Positions 48,246 to 57,105 of a stretch of DNA of 64,000 nt are shown piece after piece. The notes beneath the pieces were generated by a model. It did not search any database. It was given only the letters and a program-made list of their open reading frames with translations, and was not told the origin of the DNA. This DNA is from a bacterium OM1 bin76. GTDB taxonomy: Bacteria > Actinomycetota > Acidimicrobiia > Spongiisociales > ZC4RG35. The number at the start of each line of letters is the position of its first letter. Position 1 is the stretch's first letter. The position numbers and the translations under genes are program-made. The stretch lies in the NCBI GenBank assembly GCA_002238785.1, contig MPNA01000003.1:7368-71367 (forward strand), given 5' to 3'.

Positions 48246-51200
48246 CTACAAGGGGATTGGCAGTTTGAGGAGCTTGGTTTTCTGATGAGAACGGCGAGCA
48301 CTCGCCCATTGGACCACAAGTTGGTCCTGGGTGAATAGGATCACCTGATGGTCGTTAGATGATTGGAGAAGGTATTCCAGCACCTGCTCCTTGCGTTCGG
48401 GGTCGGCATGCACGGTGGGATCGTCAAGTAACACCGGACACGGTTCGTGTCCGTCGGTCAATACCTGAGCGAGAATAATCCGCAACAGTAAGTACACCTG
48501 TTCAGCGGTCCCATGAGATAGGAGTGCCGCCTCCCTGATCATGCCATCCATATGTCGCAGTTTCACCTCAAGCGTCTCTGGGTCGACGAATGCGTCCACA
48601 TAGCGCCCACCTGTGACAAATGGAATCCGCTCCGTCATGAGGGCTTCCAACCTGGGCGCTAGAAGCCGATGGGCGCGCTCAGCAGCTCTTTGCAGGTATT
48701 CCCTGGCCGTGTCTAGGGTACTCTGGAGACGCTGCACCTTTGCCAGCTCACTCTTAGCTTTTTCGACAGTTGCCTTGGCCGTGGCCACATCCACGCGGTC
48801 TGTGCTTATTTGTTCAAGTTGTCCAGCAGCCCTGCTTGCTTCTTTACGAGCTTCTCGCAATTGACGATCACTCCGTTCTAGGACCACCCGGATGTTGTTT
48901 GACCCCAGTAGTTCCCCTTCTAAACCAGCAGACAACTCCTTTGCCTTTCGTCTGAGTTCCCTCGCTTCACGCTTGACGTGGGCGGCGTCGGTCTGCCATT
49001 CTTCTACCGAAAGACCCCCTAACGCCTCTTGAAAACGGCCCCACTCCGCAACGTCCTCTTGTCGCTGCTCCGCCAAACCCTCCAGATGACCCAACAGACC
49101 AACAGCCACCCTCAAGAGCTCACCCTCATCACCAGAACCATCCCCCCCATACGAGACCACAACACTACGCAACTCCTCAAAAGCCTCCTCCCGCGCAAGA
49201 CTCCGCCTCGCTTCCTCCTCATCAAACCGCCTACGCCGCCTGGCTAGCTCCGTAGTCTTCGAATGCTGCGCTTCAATTTCCTCTTTACACATAGGCGCCA
49301 CATCCAAGATGGCTGCCAAAGAATCGGTCTCATCTGCTGCCAACTCAACATCCCGGCGTGCACTCTTTGCCTCCTCCCTCCACTCCTCTATTGATCGACC
49401 CGAGAGTGCCTCTTGAAAACGGCCCCACTCCGCAACGTCCTCTTGTCGCTGCTCCGCCAAACCCTCCAGATGACCCAACAGACCAACAGCCACCCTCAAG
49501 AGCTCACCCTCATCACCAGAACCATCCCCCCCATACGAGACCACAACACTACGCAACTCCTCAAAAGCCTCCTCCCGCGCAAGACTCCGCCTCGCTTCCT
49601 CCTCATCAAACCGCCTACGCCGAAATATCATTTCCTCGGTCACTAGCCTTTCGGCGTCGATTGTCTTCGTTTCTAAGGTTTTACCATGAACCTTGGCGGT
49701 CATTTCCTCCACTCTTCTTCTCGCTAGATCCACATATTGTCTAGAGCTTTCAGCTTCAACTCGCCACGCTTCTACCGAGCGATCCCCCAGCGCCTCCTGA
49801 AAACGTCCCCACTCCGCAACATCCTGCTGTCGCTCTCGCGCCACCCGCTGAAGATCACTCAATAAATACGTGGACTCACCGAGAACCTGGCCTTCATCAC
49901 CAGATGCATCTCCCCCGTATAGAGACAAAACCCTCCGCAGCTCTGCAAAAGCATCCACCCGTTCAGCTTTCCGCTTCGCCTCCTCGTCATCGAACCGCCT
50001 GCGCCGCGCTACCATCTCCTCAAGCCTGCGCCGTTCGGAGGTTTGCTCACTCCAGGCGCGTTCCCTGTTGTAGAACTCGGCTATCGCGGCATCTGGATCA
50101 AGAGGAAGCTCCCACTCGTGAAGGAGACGATGAGCTTCAACCACCCTTGCATCGAAGGTCTCTCGCTCCCGGAGTTGACGCTCCAGAAACTGGAGCGCAA
50201 CCGGTGCAGCTGATCTCTGCTTAGACGGAACGACTCGAAGAAACCCCAATCCCAGAGCTACTAGGACTCCGGCCGAGATTCCATACAGAAGCTCCGTAGT
50301 AACCATCCAGACCCCAGCAGCCGCCACAACACCAAAACCGGTTAACATCGCCACTCTCCAACCCGACAAACCGGTCTCCGTTGGCGCTTGTATGCGACGG
50401 GCCTCCACCACTTGAGATTGCAGTTCCTGCTGTGGAGGAGGGTTTTCTCTTAGGGGAATTACCCACCGCTGGACATCGCCTGGACTAGGGCATGGCTTCG
50501 GGGGTGAGGCGTCGAGCATGCCGATGCGTTCCTCAAGATTGTCGAGAGGATCGAGGTCCGTGAACCCGGATGTTGGCAGACTGTTACACCGGGCAACGGC
50601 TGATGCCATATCGGCAAAACTCATCAGCTCCCGATTGCGTGGGTCCGCATCAAGAAATCGCTGCTCCCATTCTTCCAGACGCTCAACCTTCCGCTCCAAT
50701 TCCTCCGCCCGCCTCTCCGCCTCCTCCAAGTCCTCCAAATCCTCCACTAACTCCTTCTTCAGGCCCAATTCCTCCAAACGGTCCTCAAGGGCCTCCAACG
50801 GATCAAGATCCGTCCCAACAGACTCAGGCGCACTCTGAGCGCGGCGAATAGCAATTACAAGGTCCGCGGTACTGATTTCTTCCAGAGCTCGCGGATTACC
50901 ATCAACAAACCGACGCTCCCACTCCTGCAGACGTTCAACCTCTCTTGTTAGTTCGTCAGCTTGCTTCTCGGTCTCGTCTAGACCCTCAAACGCCTCAACT
51001 AACTCCTGCTGCTGATCCAATTCCCTTAGGCGACCTTCAAGAGCCTCCAACGGATCAAGATCCGTCCCAACAGACTCAGGCGCATTCTGAGCACCACTTA
51101 TGGCAACCACAAGGTCCGCCGTATTCTCCTCCCCTAGGATCCGCGGATCCCCTTCAGGAAACTGCCGCTCCCAGTCTGTCAGTCTGGTTGCTCTTTCTGT

Positions 51201-52013
51201 CAGTTGACTTGCCCTTATTTCAGCTTCGTCACTGGCCAACGACGCCTTCAGCGCTGCCTCCCGATCCTCCAGATCCCGAACCCTTCGACGATACCTGTCC
51301 ACTCGCCTCGCTAATTCCACATATTCTTGGCGGCGTTCCTGTGTTCTGGACAGTTGGCGTTCGGCTCTTTTCACACCATCGATCGCAAGCCGAAGAGGTC
51401 TTCTTGAATTCCTGCGATCAAGTCCTACATTCTCAGTTGAAAACTTCCTTATGCGCTCAATAGCTCCCGCCGCCGTGCCACCTGCGCCACCTGCGGCGGC
51501 CTGAGCGAGACTCTCTTGTAAGGCATCGCGCTCAGTCTTGCGCTCTCGTCTTCTTAGATCGAGGATCGAAAGTATGTCTGCTTGGCTAACCGACGCTGTT
51601 ATCGGAAAGGTTGTCCGATCGAGTCCTAGCCACTTAGAACCGTCGGGACTTCCCTGATTCATCAGGTCATCGGTTACTTTCCTTCCACCCACACCTATAT
51701 CCAGAACCCTGGTACTCGGAACCCTTAGATCGCGATCTATTTCGATAATGCGCCCATCATCCAGCGCTAGCTCCAAGGTGACCTGCCAATGGTCCGGATC
51801 GTCCCAAGGCTGGCGGCGTCTCTTGAAGTCTCTCTCTGCGTTGGTTCGACCACTCCCGTGCCTACGTCCGCACAGAGCTACTACTAGGGCAGCATGCCAC
51901 GTCGATTTGCCAGACTCGTTGGGTCCGTAGACAATGTTGAGAGCCTTACCGAAATTCAAACCCTCGTCGCGCAAGTGCCCGAAGGCCCCAGCGGTAATCT
52001 TGCGGAACCACAT
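48246..52013 (-). CDS. SbcC/Rad50-like SMC-family ATPase (YhaN/SbcE-like) with central transmembrane hairpin and internal tandem repeats
   Basis: N-terminal LNIVYGPNESGKST (Walker A). C-terminal LLSHGTAEQVYLLLRIILAQ plus PVLLDDPTVHAD (signature/Walker B-like). A very long charged coiled coil lies between them. Mid-protein …WRVAMLTGFGVVAAAGVWMVTTELLYGISAGVLVALGLGFLRVV forms two hydrophobic helices. No CxxC zinc hook. Confidence 0.7.
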   Translation of the reverse strand: MWFRKITAGAFGHLRDEGLNFGKALNIVYGPNESGKSTWHAALVVALCGRRHGSGRTNAERDFKRRRQPWDDPDHWQVTLELALDDGRIIEIDRDLRVPSTRVLDIGVGGRKVTDDLMNQGSPDGSKWLGLDRTTFPITASVSQADILSILDLRRRERKTERDALQESLAQAAAGGAGGTAAGAIERIRKFSTENVGLDRRNSRRPLRLAIDGVKRAERQLSRTQERRQEYVELARRVDRYRRRVRDLEDREAALKASLASDEAEIRASQLTERATRLTDWERQFPEGDPRILGEENTADLVVAISGAQNAPESVGTDLDPLEALEGRLRELDQQQELVEAFEGLDETEKQADELTREVERLQEWERRFVDGNPRALEEISTADLVIAIRRAQSAPESVGTDLDPLEALEDRLEELGLKKELVEDLEDLEEAERRAEELERKVERLEEWEQRFLDADPRNRELMSFADMASAVARCNSLPTSGFTDLDPLDNLEERIGMLDASPPKPCPSPGDVQRWVIPLRENPPPQQELQSQVVEARRIQAPTETGLSGWRVAMLTGFGVVAAAGVWMVTTELLYGISAGVLVALGLGFLRVVPSKQRSAAPVALQFLERQLRERETFDARVVEAHRLLHEWELPLDPDAAIAEFYNRERAWSEQTSERRRLEEMVARRRRFDDEEAKRKAERVDAFAELRRVLSLYGGDASGDEGQVLGESTYLLSDLQRVARERQQDVAEWGRFQEALGDRSVEAWRVEAESSRQYVDLARRRVEEMTAKVHGKTLETKTIDAERLVTEEMIFRRRRFDEEEARRSLAREEAFEELRSVVVSYGGDGSGDEGELLRVAVGLLGHLEGLAEQRQEDVAEWGRFQEALSGRSIEEWREEAKSARRDVELAADETDSLAAILDVAPMCKEEIEAQHSKTTELARRRRRFDEEEARRSLAREEAFEELRSVVVSYGGDGSGDEGELLRVAVGLLGHLEGLAEQRQEDVAEWGRFQEALGGLSVEEWQTDAAHVKREARELRRKAKELSAGLEGELLGSNNIRVVLERSDRQLREARKEASRAAGQLEQISTDRVDVATAKATVEKAKSELAKVQRLQSTLDTAREYLQRAAERAHRLLAPRLEALMTERIPFVTGGRYVDAFVDPETLEVKLRHMDGMIREAALLSHGTAEQVYLLLRIILAQVLTDGHEPCPVLLDDPTVHADPERKEQVLEYLLQSSNDHQVILFTQDQLVVQWASARRSHQKTKLLKLPIPL
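49025..50176. repeat. three in-frame tandem 384-bp units inside the SbcC-like gene; copies 1 and 2 share a ~222-bp identical core
   Basis: 49025-49246 equals 49409-49630 (read directly). A third diverged unit starts at 49793. Each unit encodes the 128-aa module RRRRFDEEEARRSLAREEAFEELRSVVVSYGGDGSGDEGELLRVAVGLLGHLEGLAEQRQEDVAEWGRFQEAL…. Confidence 0.85.
50487..51050. repeat. 2.3 tandem 252-bp (84-aa) units inside the SbcC-like gene
   Basis: The module TDLDPLEALE(G/D)RL(R/E)EL…EWE(R/Q)RF(V/L)D…P…SVG is repeated. GGATCAAGATCCGTCCCAACAGACTCAGGCGCA occurs at both ~50800 and ~51052. Confidence 0.8.
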
Positions 52014-52016
52014 AGC

Positions 52017-53123
52017 TCAACCCACGGCTAAGTCGTTGCGGCCCTCAAGAGCACGTAACCCCGTGATAATAACCCTGTGCCGTTCGTCATCATCAAGATC
52101 GGCTGCGATCAAGTCGCGGACGAACTCCCCTCGCACTGTGGACTCCTCCTGTATAGCCGCAACATCATACCCGGGATTCAGGCTGCCTGCACGTACCACT
52201 AAATCCTGCAGTTGGCCTCGGCGTTGGCTGAGTACGGCAAGGTCAAGTTGTACAGCACTAGCCAATTCCCCATGAAGAGTGACTCTGGCTACCCCTTTAA
52301 GAGGCTCCAACGCGGCCTTCATGCGGTCCTGTATTTCTCCGAAATCAACGCATCCGCTCACATCCATTACGAGATCGTGGATCTGCAAGCTTGTAACCCT
52401 ATGCGAAGTGCGTTGAACCGTGCCCCGAGCGTCAAACGACATCTCAACTGCTCCCCCTCTGCCTTGATCCTTGAATGAAAGCGGGGCGGGAGTTCCAGGG
52501 TATGTGTGGGAATCTCCCATGAAAGGACTGTGGTAATGACCGACTATGCAATGAACAAGTCCCGCCGCGGAAATGTCGTCGGCGCGAAACGGTGCATGTC
52601 GTATCTTCTCAGGATGGGATTGCGCTACGCTTGCCCAGCCACCAATCTCCGATCCGTGAAACAACCCTAAGTGCAAAGCATCGCCTTCCACCTCAAATCG
52701 ACTTAGTGGATTCACGGTTTGTGAAGGGTTTCTATGGGCGAAGCCCCACACCCGAACACCGTCAAGGCCATCGTATGGCGTCAGATCACCCGCACCAAAT
52801 ATGTGGACGTTGGGTGACCAGTCTGCCGTCACGTAAATACTTCCTGGTCCATACCAATCGTGATTTCCGGGAGAAATCAAGACCGGAATCGGTGCCACCT
52901 CAGCGAAGAGGCGCTGCAACATCTGAACGGTGTCCGGAGTGTAAAGCTCGTGCTCGTAGAGGTCCCCAGCACACATCAGCATATCCACCTCTAAATGACT
53001 GGCCAATCGAACAATCCTGCTTAAGGTGTTTTTCAATTCGCCACGCCGCAATTGAGACAAGGTGGGCCCTCTCCCAGTAAACGGGGCATCCAAGTGGAGA
53101 TCGGAAAAGGCGAGTACCTTCAA
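52017..53123 (-). CDS. SbcD/Mre11-like calcineurin-type metallophosphoesterase nuclease (YhaO-like)
   Basis: MKVLAFSDLHLD, CAGDLYEH, SPGNHDW and GHYH are phosphoesterase motifs I-IV/V. Its stop is 3 nt from the start of the SbcC-like gene. Confidence 0.75.
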   Translation of the reverse strand: MKVLAFSDLHLDAPFTGRGPTLSQLRRGELKNTLSRIVRLASHLEVDMLMCAGDLYEHELYTPDTVQMLQRLFAEVAPIPVLISPGNHDWYGPGSIYVTADWSPNVHIFGAGDLTPYDGLDGVRVWGFAHRNPSQTVNPLSRFEVEGDALHLGLFHGSEIGGWASVAQSHPEKIRHAPFRADDISAAGLVHCIVGHYHSPFMGDSHTYPGTPAPLSFKDQGRGGAVEMSFDARGTVQRTSHRVTSLQIHDLVMDVSGCVDFGEIQDRMKAALEPLKGVARVTLHGELASAVQLDLAVLSQRRGQLQDLVVRAGSLNPGYDVAAIQEESTVRGEFVRDLIAADLDDDERHRVIITGLRALEGRNDLAVG

Positions 53124-53159
53124 GATTTATGCTCTCTTAGATGATCGTGTCTGGTGCAG

Positions 53160-53215
53160 TTCCCAACCTTAGAGAACAGACGCGACGTATTCTGTGATCT
53201 CTTGCTGGAGAGCAA
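53160..53215. repeat. native add 3-prime end that is duplicated at 48170-48232
   Basis: See the 48170 repeat. Together the two copies bracket the SbcD/SbcC-like module. Confidence 0.7.
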
Positions 53216-54167
53216 CCTTCCGATCCTCCGGTAGGAAGGAAGCGGTGACAGAGTTGCGCGCCAGTTGCGCCAGATCATCGCAGGAGAGATCCAGGGCCGT
53301 GGCGATGGCGAGGTAGTTATCCCCGACGTATCCGCCGAAGTAGGCAGGGTCGTCGGAGTTGACGGTGACCAGAACCCCGGCATCCAGCAACTCCTTGAGA
53401 TTGTGGCAGCGGAGGTCAGGGAACACCTGGAGCTTCTGGTTCGACAGAGGACACATGGTCAGAGGAATCTGCTCTCGGACCAACCGCTCCACCAGAGCGG
53501 GATCATCCGCGGCCCGCACTCCATGGTCGATGCGTTCCACTCCCAATACATCGAGAGCTGACCAGATGTATTCCGCCGGGCCCTCCTCGCCGGCGTGGGC
53601 CACAGGTCTCAGGCCAGCCTCTACAGCCCGGCGGTAAGCCTCGGCAAACAACTCAGGGGGATTACCCAACTCGCCCGAGTCGAGTCCCACCCCTTGGATG
53701 TAAGCAAGGTATGGTCGGGCCTGCTCGAAGACCTCGACAGCCGATTCGGGTGAAAGGTGCCGGAGAAAACAAAGGATCAGGGTCGACGAGACTTCCGCCA
53801 CTCTTTTCTGTCCTCGTGCGAACCCGCGGATCACCGTCCCGATGTCGATCCCCCGCTCGGTGTGCGTTTGAGGATCGAAGAAGATCTCCGCGTGACGCAC
53901 CCCGTCCGACGCCGCTTTCGCAAGGTAGGCAGCCATCAATTGGGCGAAGTCGTTCTCTGTTTGCAGCACCGCGGCAGCTTGGTAATAGATGTCGAGAAAC
54001 GATTGGAGATCGTCGAACTCGTAGGCCGCCGCAACATCCTCGACCGACTGGAACGGCAGTGCCACGCCGTTGCGCTCCCCCATCTCGAACATCATCTCCG
54101 GCTCCAGAGTGCCCTCGATATGAATGTGTAACTCGGTCTTCGGTAGGCCCCGGACGAAACTCTCCAT
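53169..54167 (-). CDS. add: adenosine deaminase
   Basis: LPKTELHIHIEGTLEPEMMFEMGERNG…FF…HAGEEGPAEYIWSALDVLGVERIDHGVRA…TVNSDDPAYF. Confidence 0.8.
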   Translation of the reverse strand: MESFVRGLPKTELHIHIEGTLEPEMMFEMGERNGVALPFQSVEDVAAAYEFDDLQSFLDIYYQAAAVLQTENDFAQLMAAYLAKAASDGVRHAEIFFDPQTHTERGIDIGTVIRGFARGQKRVAEVSSTLILCFLRHLSPESAVEVFEQARPYLAYIQGVGLDSGELGNPPELFAEAYRRAVEAGLRPVAHAGEEGPAEYIWSALDVLGVERIDHGVRAADDPALVERLVREQIPLTMCPLSNQKLQVFPDLRCHNLKELLDAGVLVTVNSDDPAYFGGYVGDNYLAIATALDLSCDDLAQLARNSVTASFLPEDRKVALQQEITEYVASVL

Positions 54168-54282
54168 GTCTCTGCTCCCTTTCATGGACATAGCTCAATA
54201 GGGACGTTGTTACTACGGGTATTTGGAAAAACGAGAGAGCGCACCCAGGCGCTCTCTCGTGAATCCAACTTAGGTGCCTGGG

Positions 54283-55602
54283 TTACAGGAACATCTCGAT
54301 CCAATCGCTGGCAAAGTAGACCAGGCTGGCAATGGAGACGACCCACATCAAGACGTGAATCTCGCTTGACTTGCCCTTCACCACCTTGATCAGGGTGTGC
54401 GTCACAAACCCGGCGGCAATACCGACGGTGATCGAGAAGGTCAACGGCATGAGGATGATCGCCAACAGTGCCGGCAATCCTTCTTCCAAGTCCGTAAAGT
54501 CGATGTGCTTGAGCAGCCCAACCATGAGGAACCCGATCAGGATCAGCACCGGCGCCGTCGCCTGCCCCGGAACAATCCCGGCCAGCGGCGACAGGACGAT
54601 AGCAATCAAAAAGAGGATTCCCGTGACCACGGACGTGAGCCCGGTCCTTCCTCCTTCTGCTACCCCCGCCGAACTCTCGATGTAGCTGGTGTTCGAGCTA
54701 ACTCCGGCCACACCGCCGAAAGCGGCACCCAGCGAGTCCACCAACAGGAGGCTCTTGAGACGACCAATCCCGCCGTCCTTCTTGGTCAACCCGGCTTGCT
54801 CGACGATGGCAGTGGCTGTGCCCATCGTGTCGAAGAAGTCGGCGAGCATCAGAGTGAAAATCGCCAGGATCGCCGACAGGAAGCCGAGTTCTGCAAACGA
54901 GTTGCCCAGGTCGAATCCCCCGAAGGTCTCGAAGTTCACTGATGCCGAGATGGTGTCCGGCACACTGGCGACTCCAGCTATCAGCGCCACGATGGTGGTG
55001 GCCACGATGGTGATGATCATCGCACCCCTCACCTTGCGCGCCACAAGAACCACACCGATCAGCACCCCGATCAAGGTCACGCCCTGGCCGGCCTCGGTGG
55101 GGAACACGAACTCGACGATCGTGCCCCCTTCTCCGTGAACCAGCCCGCCGTTGACCAAGCCGATGAACAGGATGAATAGGCCAATGCCCACCCCGATGGA
55201 GTACTTGAGACTGGTCGGTATCGCTTCCATCACGGCTTCCCGCAGGCCCAGCAAGACGAGTATGGTCACCAACACGCCCTCCCAGACCACGACTCCCATG
55301 GCTCCCTCTATCGAGAGGCCTTGGGCCGTCAAACTATAGGCCACGACCGCGTTGAGCCCCAGACCTGCCGCCATGGCGATCGGGTAGTTGGAGAAAACCC
55401 CCATGGCGATCGTCATGATTGCGGCTACCAACGCTGTACCAGCCGCTACGGCAGTGGGGTCAAGACCCGCGTCGCCAAGAATCAAGGCGTTCACGAACAG
55501 TATGTAGGCCATCACCAAGAATGTGGTGATGCCCGCGCGAACCTCCGTGCCTAACGAGGAGCCCCGCTCTGAAATGCGGAAATAGCTGTCTAAACCTTGC
55601 AC
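54283..55602 (-). CDS. NCS2-family purine permease (AzgA/PbuG-like adenine/guanine/hypoxanthine permease)
   Basis: From the GTG start: VQGLDSYFRISERGSSLGTEVRAGITTFLVMAYILFVN… is the AzgA N-terminus. AGGAGG lies 8 nt upstream of the GTG at 55602. Confidence 0.8.
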   Translation of the reverse strand: MQGLDSYFRISERGSSLGTEVRAGITTFLVMAYILFVNALILGDAGLDPTAVAAGTALVAAIMTIAMGVFSNYPIAMAAGLGLNAVVAYSLTAQGLSIEGAMGVVVWEGVLVTILVLLGLREAVMEAIPTSLKYSIGVGIGLFILFIGLVNGGLVHGEGGTIVEFVFPTEAGQGVTLIGVLIGVVLVARKVRGAMIITIVATTIVALIAGVASVPDTISASVNFETFGGFDLGNSFAELGFLSAILAIFTLMLADFFDTMGTATAIVEQAGLTKKDGGIGRLKSLLLVDSLGAAFGGVAGVSSNTSYIESSAGVAEGGRTGLTSVVTGILFLIAIVLSPLAGIVPGQATAPVLILIGFLMVGLLKHIDFTDLEEGLPALLAIILMPLTFSITVGIAAGFVTHTLIKVVKGKSSEIHVLMWVVSIASLVYFASDWIEMFL

Positions 55603-55625
55603 TATTCCCACCTCCTTCCAAATTT

Positions 55626-55644
55626 GTTGTCTACTGATAGGACA
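55626..55644. promoter_or_regulatory. imperfect palindrome TTGTCTAC-tga-TAGGACAA 24-42 nt upstream of the purine permease start (candidate operator)
   Basis: TTGTC-N9-GACAA core read from the sequence. A 10-bp direct repeat CTATTCCCAC occurs twice nearby (55603 and 55661). Confidence 0.25.
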
Positions 55645-55859
55645 ACTGGCCACTCCTCATGCTATTCCCACAGAGTGGAATTCTGGGGGGCTAACAGTGG
55701 TTTTTTTCCGCACCGACCTCTTAGATTTGCCTTCCCTGGTCCCCTAATCAGCTTTTCGAGGCCAATACCCACACGCGCCACAGGGTTCGGGCCGCCGCGA
55801 CAGATCAGGTCCCGCGACCGCCTCTCCAACTCTCGCGCCGTCGAGACAAACCCAGCCGG

Positions 55860-56096
55860 CTACGTTTCGATAACGCAGATCACCTCGCCGGTGACCACCT
55901 CGGCATCTTCTTCCACCAGGATCTCAATGATCGTTCCAGCCACAGGAGAAGGCACCTCCGTCTCAACTTTGTCGGTTTCCACCAGGGCCAGTTCGGTGTC
56001 CTCATCCACCTCGTCACCCACCTCGACCATCCACTGGAGAAGTACCACCTCGTCGACCGTCTCGCCCAGCCTGGGCATCTTCACCTCAAAAGGCAT
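55860..56096 (-). CDS. stand-alone lipoyl/biotinyl-attachment domain protein (E2-like lipoyl carrier, no catalytic domain)
   Basis: MPFEVKMPRLGETVDEVVLLQWMVEVGDEVDEDTELALVETDKVETEVPSPVAGTI is the lipoyl-lysine motif ETDKV. Only 78 aa. Confidence 0.7.
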   Translation of the reverse strand: MPFEVKMPRLGETVDEVVLLQWMVEVGDEVDEDTELALVETDKVETEVPSPVAGTIIEILVEEDAEVVTGEVICVIET

Positions 56097-56112
56097 TGGT
56101 TGGCACCTCCTT

Positions 56113-57105
56113 CTAAACGGGCGCGTAGATGTTGCGGAACATGGCGTCGACACCAGCCGGAGGACTGGCTTTCACCGTCTCCATCGCCGCCTCGATGCGG
56201 GCTGCGACTTGCCGGTCCACCTCGTCGGCCTGTCCCTCGGCCAGCAAACCTTCGGATTCCAGTCTGGCCCGGAAGGTGTTAATAGGATCCCGCTGGAACC
56301 ATCGCTCGAATTCTCCTTCCGGCCGATACTCGGCCTTGTCGGCGCGGGAATGGCCGGCGTAACGGTAGGTCTTCATCTCCAACAGAGTCGGGCCCTCCCC
56401 CGAACGTGCTCTGTCCAGAGCTTCGCTCACCGCCTTTACCGTGGCATCCGGATCCTGTCCGTCCACCATGATCCCCGGAATCCCGTAGGAGACCGCCCGG
56501 TCGGCCAGATCCTCTATGGGCGTAGTCAGGTTGATCCGGCTGTATTCGCCGTACTGGTTGTTCTCACAAACGAACACCACCGGCAGTTTCCAGATCGCCG
56601 CCAGGTTGAGACCCTCGTGGAAAGCGCCGATGTTGGATGCGCCGTCCCCGAACACCCCGATCGCCGCGTCGTCGGTTCCCTTCACCTGGGCGGTCAACGC
56701 CGCGCCGGCAGCCACCGGAATCCCGGCGCCGATGATGGCAAAAGTGGGCAGCAGGCCCAGTTCCTTATCAACCAGGTGCATGGAGCCGGCGATGCCCCCA
56801 ATGCATCCCATTTCCCGGCCCATGATCTCCCCGAGGATCGATTCGGGGGTCATTCCCAGGGCCAACCCCATTCCATGTCCCCGATAGGTGCAGGTGACCG
56901 TATCAGTCGGGCGGGCCACCGCGGCGATACCCACCGCCACCGCTTCCTGTCCCTGGGCGGTATGGGTGGTGCCATGCACCACTCCCTCGGCAAAGAGACC
57001 CTGTACCCGATCCTCGAAAGCACGGATTTCCACCATCCGCTCGTACCGCGCCACGCGGTCGGCGGCCAGAGCCAAGCGGCGTTCCATTTTCGTTCTGTCG
57101 CCCAT
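56113..57105 (-). CDS. 2-oxoacid (pyruvate/acetoin) dehydrogenase E1 component alpha subunit, TPP-dependent
   Basis: …YRGHGMGLALG…GDGASNIGAFHEGLNLAAIWKLPVVFVCENNQYG… is the TPP-binding motif. Confidence 0.8.
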   Translation of the reverse strand: MGDRTKMERRLALAADRVARYERMVEIRAFEDRVQGLFAEGVVHGTTHTAQGQEAVAVGIAAVARPTDTVTCTYRGHGMGLALGMTPESILGEIMGREMGCIGGIAGSMHLVDKELGLLPTFAIIGAGIPVAAGAALTAQVKGTDDAAIGVFGDGASNIGAFHEGLNLAAIWKLPVVFVCENNQYGEYSRINLTTPIEDLADRAVSYGIPGIMVDGQDPDATVKAVSEALDRARSGEGPTLLEMKTYRYAGHSRADKAEYRPEGEFERWFQRDPINTFRARLESEGLLAEGQADEVDRQVAARIEAAMETVKASPPAGVDAMFRNIYAPV

